64,000 nt of DNA from positions 186,001 to 250,000 of the IMG/VR virus record IMGVR_UViG_3300031576_000001, one strand, 5' to 3'. The translations under genes and the position numbers were made by a program. Positions 10,247 through 20,843 of the stretch are shown one piece after another; position 1 is the first letter of the stretch, and each line of letters starts with the position of its first letter. The notes under the pieces are model-generated. The model did no database searches. It saw only the letters and a program-made list of their open reading frames with translations, and was not told the DNA's origin.

Positions 10247-12948
10247 TCCATGACGACGTAGACGCCGCAGACTTCCTTGCGACTTCAGGGATAAAGCAGC
10301 AAATCCCAGCCTGCAACACCCCGCGAGCGTGGATGCTCAACGGTCACAGGTTCCGAGTCGTTGACTCCCTCTCAGAGGTTGCAGCCATCGTTGACGGCGC
10401 CATTGCACAAGGGGAGGTCGCACTTGACCTGGAGTGTGAGGGTCTCGACAACCGGATCTACTACAAGAAGGGCAAGCCGTACACGGTTCACAAGATCGTA
10501 GGCTACTGCCTCTCAATAGACGGGGTGACAGGGTACTACATCCCCGTGGGGCATGGGGGGGACGGGTGGGAGAGCAACCTCCCTGCGGAAGAGGTAGCCA
10601 AAGAGATAGCCCGTTTGTGTTTTGAGGCTCAGCCTGTCATCAAAGAGGGTGAGGCTTTTCCGCTAACAAGCCGGAACTACACCCCTGGCGTAGTTAAGAT
10701 ATATTTCTGGAACGCCAAGTATGACCAGGAAATGCTGTTCCCTGTCATCGGGCTTGATTGGTGGCACCCCGACTCCTTTGAGGACGGGATGCTCAAGTAC
10801 TTCGCCGTCCACGCTGGCGGTGAGCTAGGGCTAAAACCCAGGGCGCACGAGGACTTGAAGTACGAGGGTCCAGAGATTGTAGACTCCTCTCAGCTAAGGC
10901 TGGATTACGAGTCGGACCCTGGCTTTATTCGCGTCAAGTACACGGGCGAAGTGACCGGACGGACGGTCAAGCACCCCTATGCGATGCTTGAGCTTACGGA
11001 CATTTTCAAGGGAAGAGAGATCCGGTTCTCTACTCTCATTCCTAAAGACGCTGCTCTTTACGCCGCCTCCGACGCTATTTGCACGCTGAGGTTGTGTTCC
11101 GCCAAGTACAACCGTGATCTGTGCGAAGAAGTGCGGTATCGAGGCGCCGAGTGGACGTACCGTCTAGAGCGCAGCACGGTTCAAGTAGTCAGAAGGATGG
11201 AGCGTAACCGAGTCTACCTGGACCGTAAGGTCATCGAAGAGGTCTCTCAGCAAGCCGACGATGAGGCGAACCAGCTAGCGCAGAAGATCAAGGACATTGC
11301 CAGCGCCGCCGGGTTTGGAGCGATTGACCCTAACTCCGCAAAGCAAATAGGCGACTTCCTCTTTGACGAAAAGCCAGGGTGTTTGCACCTCACGCCCAGT
11401 CCCGGGAAGAATGAGGCTTCCGGTCAGTGGAAGACCGGGGGTGACGAGCTAGAAGCTCTCTCCGAAGAGCTAGGCGAGGCTGCCCCAGAGATCCTGACCC
11501 TGATCGTCAAGTACCGCAGCGCCGCCAAGGTCAAGGGCACCTACATCGACAACATGCTCAAAGGCATGGACCCCAACGGCGAGATACGGATCAACTTCAA
11601 GCAGGTGGGCGCTGCTACGGCTCGGTTTGCAACCCCCAAGGGTAAGCACAGCCAGGGCTTCTGCGGGTTTACCACCCACGGAATCCCCAAGTCGGACAAG
11701 AAAGACGCCCCCGAAACGGCAAAGGCGCTCAGGAAGACGTTCAAGGCTCGACCTGGCTACGTCATGGTCAAGATTGACTATGCCGGCGAGGAGCTACGTA
11801 TCGCGGCTAACCTCTCCGGCGAGCCGTTGTGGGTCAACGAGTTTCTCCATGGTACAGGGGACTTGCACACCATTACGGCGATTGCTTTCTTTGGCGATAA
11901 GCGAGATAGCCCTGACTGGCCGACCTTGAGGGGTATGGCGAAAGCCGGGAATTTCGCGATGCTTTTCGGTGGTGGTGCGGGTGCCATCATGCGCGCCACG
12001 GGTTGCAGCAAAGAGGAGGGTATACGTAAGAAGAAGTCCTTTGACGCTACGGTTACAGCCTGGGCAAAGTGGGTCAAGATGCAGCACGCCAAGGTCAAAG
12101 CGGACGGGGGCGTGCGTAACGCCTTTGACCGCTGGATAGAGATCCCCAACGCTAACGCAGAGGAAAACTTTCTCAAGGCGGAAGCAGAGCGCCGGAGTCT
12201 CAACTTCGCAATCCAGGGCAGCGGGGCGGACATTATTCGCATTTCAAAGGTCATTTGCCACCAAGAGGCACAGCGTAGGGGGTGGCTCCGTGACTGGATG
12301 CTACCAGAGAGCGAAGCCAACCGAGACCTCTTGCGTATTTTGCTGACGGTACACGACGAGCTAGTTTTTGAGGTCCACGAGAGCATTGCCTTTGAGGCTA
12401 CCACGCTAATGAAGGAGGTCATGGAGCGTCCTACGCATCTAACCCGCTTTGGTCCCAAGTGGCGCGTGCCCCTCGTTGCTGAGGCACTCATCGGAGAGTC
12501 CTGGGATGCAAAGTACGGGTGGGAGGAGCTAACCCACGGCAAGCCTTACAAAGAGGGTACGCCTGTCAGCCCGAAGCATTACGTGCATGAGGGGCGCCTC
12601 TACCGCGTACCTCCCTCTGGGCTCATCGGTAAGCCTGGGTTCATTTTCGACCCAGCGGTACACCAACCCGGGGTGGTGGTAGGTGTCTCCGACGCGCCCG
12701 CCTCTGCGCCGGAGGCTGCCCTTCCTCCCTCAGTTAACAAGGGGCCAGAGCCGGTGACGCTCACGCTGGGGGAGGCGTCTGAGTTTTCAGCGTGGGTTAT
12801 GGGGGCGATAGTCCAGGTTGCGCACGACCCCGAGGGTACGCCCTTGGTAGTTACGGGACCGGGGGGCGAGGTACTTCTTAGCCAAGAGGAGGGGTTTCGT
12901 GTGGACCCTGCCAAGGTGAGATTTTTCCACATGCTTTTCAAGCTATGA
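10243..12948 (+). CDS. polA: DNA polymerase, family A, with 3'-5' exonuclease
   Basis: ExoI ALDLECEG, ExoII NAKYD, ExoIII YAASDA, motif A KIDYAGEELR, motif B RGMAKAGNFAMLFGG, NFAIQGSGAD, motif C TVHDELVFE. Confidence 0.92.
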   Translation: MIHDDVDAADFLATSGIKQQIPACNTPRAWMLNGHRFRVVDSLSEVAAIVDGAIAQGEVALDLECEGLDNRIYYKKGKPYTVHKIVGYCLSIDGVTGYYIPVGHGGDGWESNLPAEEVAKEIARLCFEAQPVIKEGEAFPLTSRNYTPGVVKIYFWNAKYDQEMLFPVIGLDWWHPDSFEDGMLKYFAVHAGGELGLKPRAHEDLKYEGPEIVDSSQLRLDYESDPGFIRVKYTGEVTGRTVKHPYAMLELTDIFKGREIRFSTLIPKDAALYAASDAICTLRLCSAKYNRDLCEEVRYRGAEWTYRLERSTVQVVRRMERNRVYLDRKVIEEVSQQADDEANQLAQKIKDIASAAGFGAIDPNSAKQIGDFLFDEKPGCLHLTPSPGKNEASGQWKTGGDELEALSEELGEAAPEILTLIVKYRSAAKVKGTYIDNMLKGMDPNGEIRINFKQVGAATARFATPKGKHSQGFCGFTTHGIPKSDKKDAPETAKALRKTFKARPGYVMVKIDYAGEELRIAANLSGEPLWVNEFLHGTGDLHTITAIAFFGDKRDSPDWPTLRGMAKAGNFAMLFGGGAGAIMRATGCSKEEGIRKKKSFDATVTAWAKWVKMQHAKVKADGGVRNAFDRWIEIPNANAEENFLKAEAERRSLNFAIQGSGADIIRISKVICHQEAQRRGWLRDWMLPESEANRDLLRILLTVHDELVFEVHESIAFEATTLMKEVMERPTHLTRFGPKWRVPLVAEALIGESWDAKYGWEELTHGKPYKEGTPVSPKHYVHEGRLYRVPPSGLIGKPGFIFDPAVHQPGVVVGVSDAPASAPEAALPPSVNKGPEPVTLTLGEASEFSAWVMGAIVQVAHDPEGTPLVVTGPGGEVLLSQEEGFRVDPAKVRFFHMLFKL

Positions 12949-13412
12949 CTGAGCGAACCCAAGACTACCTCTCAGAGTGTAACGACCCCTCGCTGGGACC
13001 GCCCCTTACGGAGGAGGAGTTCAAGCTGGCGTTTTGTGACCGGTGCGTCAACGCTGAGTGTAAGCGAGCCATCCGGGGTGACCCTTACCAGGCTCGTACC
13101 TCTACGTGGGAGAAGAGACTGTTTTTGGAGGTACCTCGACTGAAGCCTACGGACCCACGGTACGAGGGGATACGTCACCAGCGGTTTGAGAAGGTCAACC
13201 CCCCCTTGGGCAACGTGACTCTCAACCCCAAGCCGCCCCAAGAGGCAGGGGCACCCCCAGGGAGACCCCCCCTCCTCTTGGCGAACACGGTGTATACAGG
13301 ACCGGTGACGCTAGCGGGCGCTACAGAGAAAGCGCCTGTCTGGCGAGAACCTTTGCCAGAGGCTACGGTAGTCCAACCTGGCGCCAAGGTGCGCCTCGGA
13401 AAGAAGGGTTGA
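12945..13412 (+). CDS. Hypothetical protein
   Basis: ATGA-coupled ORF with CxxCxNxxC. Confidence 0.6.
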   Translation: MTERTQDYLSECNDPSLGPPLTEEEFKLAFCDRCVNAECKRAIRGDPYQARTSTWEKRLFLEVPRLKPTDPRYEGIRHQRFEKVNPPLGNVTLNPKPPQEAGAPPGRPPLLLANTVYTGPVTLAGATEKAPVWREPLPEATVVQPGAKVRLGKKG

Positions 13413-13415
13413 TAA

Positions 13416-13604
13416 ATGCGAGTCAAAGCCAGAATCTTGCAGGATGGTACGGTGGTAACAGAGGTTCTCGACCGTGGGGAGCACCTTTGCGACGCGATCT
13501 ACCAGATCACAAACAAGATGGGCACCCAAGTCTCCGACGAGGAGCTACCTGATTGCCCAGGTAACCAGGCTCAAGAGTACCAGGGGACCGGAGGCAGTCA
13601 GTGA
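13416..13604 (+). CDS. DUF2997-like small protein
   Basis: I-x-x-DG-x-V...C pattern, size and position upstream of DUF1257-like and AAA genes. Confidence 0.5.
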   Translation: MRVKARILQDGTVVTEVLDRGEHLCDAIYQITNKMGTQVSDEELPDCPGNQAQEYQGTGGSQ

Positions 13605-13930
13605 GTCACCGGGTAACCACACAGGTCAACATCACGGACAGCGCGCTAGCGATAGCCACGCTACGCGAGCTAGGGCTACCGTTCACGCAAACGGGGGACG
13701 TGATTGAGATCACGGGGGGCTCAGGCTATAAGCACGCCCGGATCAACCTGAAAAAGGGCACCATCACGGGTGATAGTGACCACGGGCACAACTCCAAGAA
13801 GTTTGGGCTTCTCCGTCAGGCGTACTCCCGCACCAAGTACCGCGCTACGCTAGCCGCCGAGGGTGCTATCATAGAGTCCGAGGAGGTCATGCGGGACGGT
13901 GTGGTCGAGTTCATTTACACGAAGGCGTGA
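13601..13930 (+). CDS. DUF1257-like protein
   Basis: MSH...I-x-D-x-x-L-x-x-x-x-L-x-E-LG N-terminus, L-x-Q-x-Y and EG..I..EE...DG C-terminus. Confidence 0.55.
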   Translation: MSHRVTTQVNITDSALAIATLRELGLPFTQTGDVIEITGGSGYKHARINLKKGTITGDSDHGHNSKKFGLLRQAYSRTKYRATLAAEGAIIESEEVMRDGVVEFIYTKA

Positions 13931-13943
13931 CTCTCTAGCCCAA

Positions 13944-15512
13944 ATGGAATCGGTCTTTCAGCACATTCGCAGCCACAAGTCCGCCATCCTTTACGTGACG
14001 GATGCGGAAGACCGCTTTCTTTTGCGCTTTCTCGCTGAGGCGACCCTACCCGAGACCAAAGCCAACACCTTCGTCTACAACGCCAGCCTTGGGCTAAGAG
14101 GTATCGTGGAGTACCTCCGTGACTGGGAAAGCCGGGAGTACAAGGCGGACCCTGCAACCCTTAGCCTCGCTGACACCCTGACCCACATTTACAAGGCGGA
14201 AAACGACAAGCCATCGTATTACATCATCACCGACGCGCACCGTATCTTCACGGAGCACGTTTTGATGCGCCGCCTCTTGAACATCCTGCTTCAAGTGCAG
14301 AACAACAAGGCGAGCCGAAAAACACTTGTGCTCCTGACGACGAGCGCAGGCGTGCCAGACGCGCTAGCGCGCCATGTTGACGTGGTGGTGGACCCTGGCC
14401 CCGAGGAGGCTGAGCTTACCCAAGAGGTAAAGACCCTGGCTTCCAAGACGGGGCTAACGTGTTCCGCCAAGAGGGCTAGCTTTCGAGGGTTGTCCCTTGT
14501 CGAGATAACCAACCTCTTCAAGGAAGCCAGAGTTACCGGAGACAGGGACATCACAGACAGCGCGCTTTTCAAGTACAAGCTACGGCGCATCAAGACTAGC
14601 GGGATCGTGGAGCACGTAGACACGTCGGGCTTTGACTTCTCGCTGGTGGGCGGTCTGGACCGTTTCAAGCTCTGGGCTGAGAAGACACGGCACGCCTGGA
14701 CCCCAGCCGGTCAAGCGTTTGGTCTCGTACCCCCCCGAGGTGTGCTCAATGTGGGAATATATGGATGTGGGAAATCACTCTCCGTAAAAGCCTTGGGTAA
14801 GACCTGGGGTTTGCCCGTCTTGCAAATGGAGTTTGGTAAGCTGCGCTCGTCCCTGGTAGGTGACTCAGAGCGTAACCTGTACCGACTGACACGCACCCTT
14901 GAGGGCATAGGCTCCTGCATCCTTTATTGTGACGAGGCTGAGAAGGGATTCTCTGGCTTGGGCTCGTCCGACAAGAGCGATAGTGGTACGCAGGCCAGAC
15001 TGATCGGCATACTGTCCACCTGGCTACAGGAAACCAAGTCACACGTTTGCCTGGCGCTCACGGCTAACTCCCTGAGAGGGCTCCCACCTGAGTTTGTCAA
15101 CAGGATGGACGCCCGCTTCTTCTTTGACCTCCCTACCGAAGAGGAGCGTACCGCAATAATCAAGATTCACCTGGCCAAGCTGAAGCTAGACCCCGAGAAG
15201 TACCCCTTGTATCACTGCGCGCTCGCCTCGGAGGGCATGGTGGGACGCGAGATAGAGCAAGCCCTCCGCTGGGCGATGGTGGAGTCCTTTGCCGCTGGCA
15301 AGGCTACGCTGGACAGCGCTGACTTGATAAACGCCCTGAAGAACAAGCCCAGGATCTCTCACACCCTCAAAGACGAAATAGCTGAGATTACCTCTTGGGT
15401 GGGTTATGACCCTGACCGGGATGATGGGGTACGCGCGTTGCTGGCGTCCTCTCGCCGCCCGCCCGCAGCGCCGAAGGCAACAGCCTCTATCCCACAGGGA
15501 GGGAAGCCGTGA
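13944..15512 (+). CDS. AAA+ ATPase, Ycf46-like
   Basis: VGGLDRFKLW, Walker A GIYGCGKS, VGDSE, Walker B LYCDEAEK, TAN, FFFDLP. Confidence 0.85.
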   Translation: MESVFQHIRSHKSAILYVTDAEDRFLLRFLAEATLPETKANTFVYNASLGLRGIVEYLRDWESREYKADPATLSLADTLTHIYKAENDKPSYYIITDAHRIFTEHVLMRRLLNILLQVQNNKASRKTLVLLTTSAGVPDALARHVDVVVDPGPEEAELTQEVKTLASKTGLTCSAKRASFRGLSLVEITNLFKEARVTGDRDITDSALFKYKLRRIKTSGIVEHVDTSGFDFSLVGGLDRFKLWAEKTRHAWTPAGQAFGLVPPRGVLNVGIYGCGKSLSVKALGKTWGLPVLQMEFGKLRSSLVGDSERNLYRLTRTLEGIGSCILYCDEAEKGFSGLGSSDKSDSGTQARLIGILSTWLQETKSHVCLALTANSLRGLPPEFVNRMDARFFFDLPTEEERTAIIKIHLAKLKLDPEKYPLYHCALASEGMVGREIEQALRWAMVESFAAGKATLDSADLINALKNKPRISHTLKDEIAEITSWVGYDPDRDDGVRALLASSRRPPAAPKATASIPQGGKP

Positions 15513-16468
15513 CAGACCTAGCTAACGTAGAAGCACTCCAGGGGTTTCTGGCGACGAGACGCTCGCCCCCCCGCCTTGAAAACCAGCCGTTTGTCAGGCT
15601 GGTACGCCTCTTGGTTGAAGAAGACGCTGGTTTTCGTGAGGCTTTTCTTGCAAACGACACGGGCGAGCTAGCCTCCTTGATAACCCAACGCTGGCCAGAG
15701 GCGCCTACCGAGCAAGCGCAAGAGGTCTCTGCGTACCTCTTGGAGGAGAAGGCTTGGCTGGTTACGCAGCCTGCGGGGCTGACGGTCACGGCGCCTGATG
15801 GGTCCGTGCTGGGGATACTCCCCCCGGAGGCCATCACCAAGCTACCCGCGGTTTACCGTGAGGACGGAACGCTGGTAGAGAGGGGCTACGGTGTGCGCCC
15901 TTCGGTGGAGGCGGCTCTGGGGTACGCTTGGTACCAGCGCCAGCGAGAAGAGGCTCAGCTAACCAGGGTGCCCGAAAGCGCGAAGTTTTTGGCTACCGAG
16001 GGGCAGCGCGCCCAGTTCCTCGGGGGTTTGGCTAGCCTTGAGGCTCTTTTCAAGGCTAGCAAGCTGGTCATGTTCAAGCCTGGACCCCTGGCTCAGTACG
16101 GGGAGAGCTACTCCGTCAAACACAAAGCCCCCATTGAGAACCTACAGTCTTTCTCTGGGCGGTATGATTTTCAGGGGGACGTGGCGCGTGCTGTGACCCG
16201 TGAGCTTGTGGACGGAGCGCTACAAAGAGGCATGTGGTCCGTGCCTACCTCTCGGTGGTGCGACGTACTGTATGACGCGAACGCCTGGGTACTCAAGGAC
16301 GGAACCCGGGTAGCGTACACGGGCGACGTACTTCTACGGTACAACCCCAACGCAAGCCTGAAGTGGACCACGGCGACCTACGGGGGGTCGTGGCTACTGC
16401 ATCTCTCCGTAGAGGGCTTGACTGTCGCGTACAATCCCTCTCTGGTCCGGGTGGTGGACGGAACATGA
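15509..16468 (+). CDS. Hypothetical protein
   Basis: 319-aa ORF with GTGA coupling to the upstream gene. Confidence 0.65.
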   Translation: MTDLANVEALQGFLATRRSPPRLENQPFVRLVRLLVEEDAGFREAFLANDTGELASLITQRWPEAPTEQAQEVSAYLLEEKAWLVTQPAGLTVTAPDGSVLGILPPEAITKLPAVYREDGTLVERGYGVRPSVEAALGYAWYQRQREEAQLTRVPESAKFLATEGQRAQFLGGLASLEALFKASKLVMFKPGPLAQYGESYSVKHKAPIENLQSFSGRYDFQGDVARAVTRELVDGALQRGMWSVPTSRWCDVLYDANAWVLKDGTRVAYTGDVLLRYNPNASLKWTTATYGGSWLLHLSVEGLTVAYNPSLVRVVDGT

Positions 16469-16716
16469 ACCTGTGGGCCATACGCACCCGGCAAGCAGAG
16501 ACCGCCCCGCCCCTGGCACTGTTTGGTGTCGTGGTGGGCTCAGGTGCGGACTGCTTGACTTACGACGGGGACCAGATCGAGGGGCTACTAGAGGCTCTTC
16601 GCAAAGAGGGTGTGGCGTACCGTGCAGAGTCCTTGGTGGACCCCAGGGTGAATGGTGTACCCCTTCTGGAAAATCAACAATTTTACACCCCACCGGGAGC
16701 CAACCATGGTGCGTAA
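16465..16716 (+). CDS. Hypothetical protein
   Basis: ATGA-coupled ORF starting MNLWAIR. Confidence 0.5.
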   Translation: MNLWAIRTRQAETAPPLALFGVVVGSGADCLTYDGDQIEGLLEALRKEGVAYRAESLVDPRVNGVPLLENQQFYTPPGANHGA

Positions 16717-17089
16717 CACGTTTGCTTGCCAGATTCTCCGTGGGGAGACCATGCACGACGTTGTAGCCGCGGTTTACCAGGAAGCCTCTGCGTGCTCTTG
16801 TGCCTTCCCGGCACTCACTATACTAGGTAGGCTCCCTCTGGGTAAGGCGTGTTACGTCAGGCTCACCTTGGACTGTCACCCTGAGAGCTTCTCGGCGCTG
16901 GTCAACGCCCTTCTCACCAAGAGGGGGGTTGTAGCCTCTGAGCCTGGGAAGGGCTACGTGAGACGTGAGGGGGGCGAGGAAAGGGGCACGTTGCGTGTTG
17001 GTTTGATGCACGCGACACCCTTGGAATCTGACCACCGTGTCTATGTGGGCACGACACACCCCCACTGGCAACGACAGTTCCAAAGGTAA
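16706..17089 (+). CDS. Hypothetical protein
   Basis: ORF starting MVRNTF within the operon. Confidence 0.5.
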   Translation: MVRNTFACQILRGETMHDVVAAVYQEASACSCAFPALTILGRLPLGKACYVRLTLDCHPESFSALVNALLTKRGVVASEPGKGYVRREGGEERGTLRVGLMHATPLESDHRVYVGTTHPHWQRQFQR

Positions 17090-17091
17090 CC

Positions 17092-17817
17092 ATGCTTCGC
17101 GTAGCCGCTGTCCAAATGGCCCCCGTGTTCCTCAACAAGGAGGCTAACCTGATGAGCATGGACCGCCTGATGCGCCAAGCCAAGGGCAAGGCAGACCTGA
17201 TCGCCTTCCCCGAACTTTGTACCACTGGCTATAGCCTCATGAGTGACAAAGAGGCTCGCAGCGTGGCGGAACCTGTCGAGGGTCTAACTTTTCAAGCCAT
17301 GCTCAGGCTAGCCCGTGCCTACGACATGACCGTGGTGTGGGGCATGGTCATCGAAGAGAAGGGCAAGCTGTACAATGGTCAAGTCTATATTGAGCCCAAC
17401 GGCAAGTGGGAGAAGGTCTACAAAATTAACCGATTCGGGCAGGACTGGATCTGGGCTACTGCCGGCGACGAAAGCCCCCCGATCATTACCCTCGATGACG
17501 GTACCAAGGTAGGCTTGCTTATCTGCCGCGACGTGCGTGACAAGTGGGGCAGATCCGAGAAGACGCTCTACAGCAAGGGGGATGCTGATATAGTTGTGCT
17601 GTCAACGGCCTGGGGTGACGGTGGCTTCCCAGCGGTAGCCTGGATGGACTTTGCAGAGCAAAACAAGACGGCGCTCGTCGTTTCAAACCGTTACGGCAGA
17701 GAGCGCAACAACAACTTCGGGGAGGGTGGTGTATGCGTGATCTCAAAGGACGGCAAAGTCTCCTGTGAGGGGCTACGGTGGAACATGGACTGCATTGTGT
17801 ACGCCACCATTGACTAA
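17092..17817 (+). CDS. Carbon-nitrogen hydrolase (nitrilase superfamily)
   Basis: RVAAVQM; Glu-Lys-Cys triad in FPEL, YKIN and LICRD; VSNRYG. Confidence 0.88.
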   Translation: MLRVAAVQMAPVFLNKEANLMSMDRLMRQAKGKADLIAFPELCTTGYSLMSDKEARSVAEPVEGLTFQAMLRLARAYDMTVVWGMVIEEKGKLYNGQVYIEPNGKWEKVYKINRFGQDWIWATAGDESPPIITLDDGTKVGLLICRDVRDKWGRSEKTLYSKGDADIVVLSTAWGDGGFPAVAWMDFAEQNKTALVVSNRYGRERNNNFGEGGVCVISKDGKVSCEGLRWNMDCIVYATID

Positions 17818-17840
17818 GACCCTCTTTGCCGTGAGACTTC

Positions 17841-18317
17841 ATGGACTTTCGAGATTGGCTACCTGGCCCTGGCGAGTACCTTCACGACACGGGCGCCAAG
17901 AATCGGTATGAGGAGCGCAGGAAGCTGTGGGCGTGGTCGTATTACGGGCGATACAAGCACGACCTACACTGGTTGCTTCACAATTGCGTGGTGCATCCCA
18001 AGCTAGGCGCCGCTGCTGTGCTTGATTGGTACATTGTTATCGCGCCGGGCAAGCTGAACGTGAGTAGGACGGACAACCGGATGACCAGGGCGGTACGTGA
18101 GCATGGTATCTCTTCGGCGTGGCTCCATAACCGGGACACCAGCCGAGAGACGGATGAGGACGTGGAGAAGCCCAAGGTCAAGGGCGTGGCCCGCACGGCG
18201 TGGTGGGTTCTGCACAACTGCGTAGCTCACCCTCTCATCGGATTGTTTCCGAAAGACTGGGCGTTTGCGCTACACGACCGGACAGCAGCCAAGATGGACG
18301 TGGACGGGTGGGTCTAG
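17841..18317 (+). CDS. Hypothetical protein with duplicated WxLHNCVxHP motif
   Basis: HWLLHNCVVHPKLG and WWVLHNCVAHPLIG. Confidence 0.6.
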   Translation: MDFRDWLPGPGEYLHDTGAKNRYEERRKLWAWSYYGRYKHDLHWLLHNCVVHPKLGAAAVLDWYIVIAPGKLNVSRTDNRMTRAVREHGISSAWLHNRDTSRETDEDVEKPKVKGVARTAWWVLHNCVAHPLIGLFPKDWAFALHDRTAAKMDVDGWV

Positions 18318-18354
18318 GAGACTCGACCCACTACGCCCTCTCTGCTAAGAGGGC

Positions 18355-18912
18355 ATGGCCATGTGGGACTGTTCAATACCCAAGCCTACAAACCAGACGT
18401 TCTCTGACGCACACTCTTGCTTCTCCGTTCAAGAGCTTATCGACCTGAACCAGGACAACCCTGTCGAGGAACGCCCCATAACGGACTTCAACGGGGAGCT
18501 AGAGTGTAGCCCCTGGGGCAGCCTGTCTACCCTCCGCAAGTTCTTGCACCACGCCAACCGGGTCAACTGCGCGGACACGAGCCACCCCATCCTTGTCAAC
18601 CAAGAGGGCCTAGTGCTGGACGGGTTGCACCGACTGGCTTACGCCTTCTTGAAGGGGTACCAGACCGTGAGGGTCCGTGTGGTCACAAAGTACCCACCAA
18701 ATCTCTGGGAAGAGAAAGACCTGGCAAGGCTGGCAGCTTTTGGGCTGATTACCCTGTCTCAGATAGAGGCACGCATAGTGCCGCCCGTTCCGGTGACACA
18801 ACAGGGTAATCTTTGCCCCACCCTGTCTACGGTGTGCGCCTCTTTGCTCTGTGCGGTTACCAACCCCTCCGTTAAGAGGGACGCGCCCCAGGACGAGCCA
18901 GAGCCAGCGTTA
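18355..18912 (+). CDS. ParB/Srx-like domain protein
   Basis: HPILV...VLDGLHRL motif. In-frame TTA at 18910-18912 (standard end 18981 runs over the next promoter). Confidence 0.6.
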
Positions 18913-18985
18913 TGGGAGGTCAAGAGTGACCCCGTCGTCTCGGTTTCCTTTAGCCTTAATCGGCTTGGTGGTGTAGGCTAGGGGT

Positions 18986-20089
18986 ATGACCTACCCGAAC
19001 CTGGACGATAGATTTCAGCCGATCTACACCAAGCCCCTCACGGGGATTCCCACGGCAAAGCGTGCGCGAGCGGACGCTTCTAGCGCGGGGCTAGCGGGTC
19101 CAGCGCTAGACAGGGTGGTGAGGTTGGAGGGTGCAGAGAGGCACTGGGCGAGAACGACCGCTACCCTGGAAATGGCATTGTGGGCTGCTTTCTCGGTACG
19201 CCACCGGGACTGGCAAGAGGACACGGAGCACCGCAAGGGGTTTGCACGAGACGCGGCGAGCCTGGTCAGCGGGGGAGCCTCTGAGTTGCACTTCCTCACG
19301 GACGTGCTGGCGCTAGCCTGGGCGCACCTCACGTTGGACATCAACTACCACGGCGGCGGGAACGAGGACCAACCCGCCGTGCGCCTGCCCCCGTTCCGCT
19401 CTCTTGGGCTGGGCAAGTGGAACAAGATCGACACGGAGAGCTACGCCAGTGCCGGCAAGTCAGCCCTGGTCATCCTGGGCGAAGAGCTTGACGCTGAAGC
19501 CGAGAGGTACGCCCAAGAGGCGAGCGGGGCGACCGTTACTCAGTTTCAAGCCAGGGACGGTGAGTTGTACGTAGAGGTACGGGTAGGCTCCGTGCTTGCC
19601 GTGTCCACGCACGTTCCCCTGGCGTGGTACAGGGGGAGCGACCTCTGGGGGATTGACCCCTGGGTTGACCGTCTTTGCCTCGCCAAGCTGTCAGCCTGTC
19701 TCAAGTCTGGTTTCAAAGAGGGGATGTTGCCCTGGGCTACGTTGTACAACCGGCTGCAAGCCAGGCGCCGTGTCTTCCGGGCTGCACATTTCTGGTATGA
19801 CTTGCTGCAAAAGTTCCCCGAGTACATGGAGCCCGCCCGTACTGCTGAGCCTGGTTCGCCCCTTCACGCGGTGTGGCAGCTAGCGTGTTTGCCTTACGAG
19901 AGTGACCTCCTGGCGGCGGACCTGTGGCTCAAGAGTGTAGCCGAGGAGGGCGCTTCCATGTCACAAGCGCTAGCCTGGCTAGAGTCCCTCCACCACCTAG
20001 AGGGGGCTCTTGTCCCCCCGGACAGGGTAACCGACCATGACCTCAGTTTCCTCTCCAGCGCGTCTCCCTGCGAGGGTAGCCCAGCGTTA
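18986..20089 (+). CDS. Hypothetical protein
   Basis: GGTGTA-N10-ATG; first in-frame TTA at 20087-20089 (standard end 20146). Confidence 0.6.
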
Positions 20090-20798
20090 CGCTGCAAAGA
20101 CGAAAGCCAAAGCGCCGCCGTCAGCCCCGGAGCCCACGGGGATTGAGAAGGCAATCAAGGACGCCTTTGCTTCTCTGGGGGGCGAGTTGGGCTCTACGCT
20201 GGCTAGTGAGTTCGTCTCTGTTCTTGACAGCAAGCTAGAGAGCGCCCGTGAGCGTGTGCTCAACTTGTCTGCGAAGTCCTGGGCGGTGGCACGCAAGGGG
20301 ACAGAGACCTCCTCTTGGGAATCTGACGAGACAGGATACCACTACTCGGTCGAGCTAGACTACCCAGAGGTTGTAACGGCTACCGTGAAGGCGCCGTTGT
20401 CGTGGGACACACTAGTCACTGAGGTTGCCCAAGGGGTAGACACAAAGCACCGTGGTCTCGCCGTAGAAGTTATGCGTACCCCGGCAGTAAAAGCAGCTTG
20501 CCTCAAGGTGGCGGAAGAGCGGGTGGCGCTACAGACCATTGAAGCAGGAGAGCTACGGACCTCACCTCTGGGTGCGTCCGCGGTAGAGTTCGCTGAGGAC
20601 AAGTCACAAAGGTCCATCGACTCCGACGACGACCCCAACTACGAGATACCCTGGGGTAAGCACGAGATTACGGTACACGGGGGCAGCGTGACCGCAAAGC
20701 TAACCTCCTCTGGCGCGCTGGACGTACTCTTTACCGCGAGCGTCGGGCTAGAGGTTGAGTTTTTCTGGCCCGGTGACCGTGGGTACAACGATTGGTTA
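20037..20798 (+). CDS. RVAxRY-leader protein (putative virion internal protein)
   Basis: N-terminal LPARVAQRYAAK; ends at TTA 20796-20798. Confidence 0.6.
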
Positions 20799-20843
20799 CT
20801 TAGAGGCTCCCTGGCTTCTATCCCTCACAAACAGGGAGAAGCC

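Noticed and set aside
11920-11980. PolA motif B Tyr-to-Phe change (NFAMLFGG) as a sign of modified-base DNA
   Set aside because: A single conservative change, with no base-modification pathway genes in the window.
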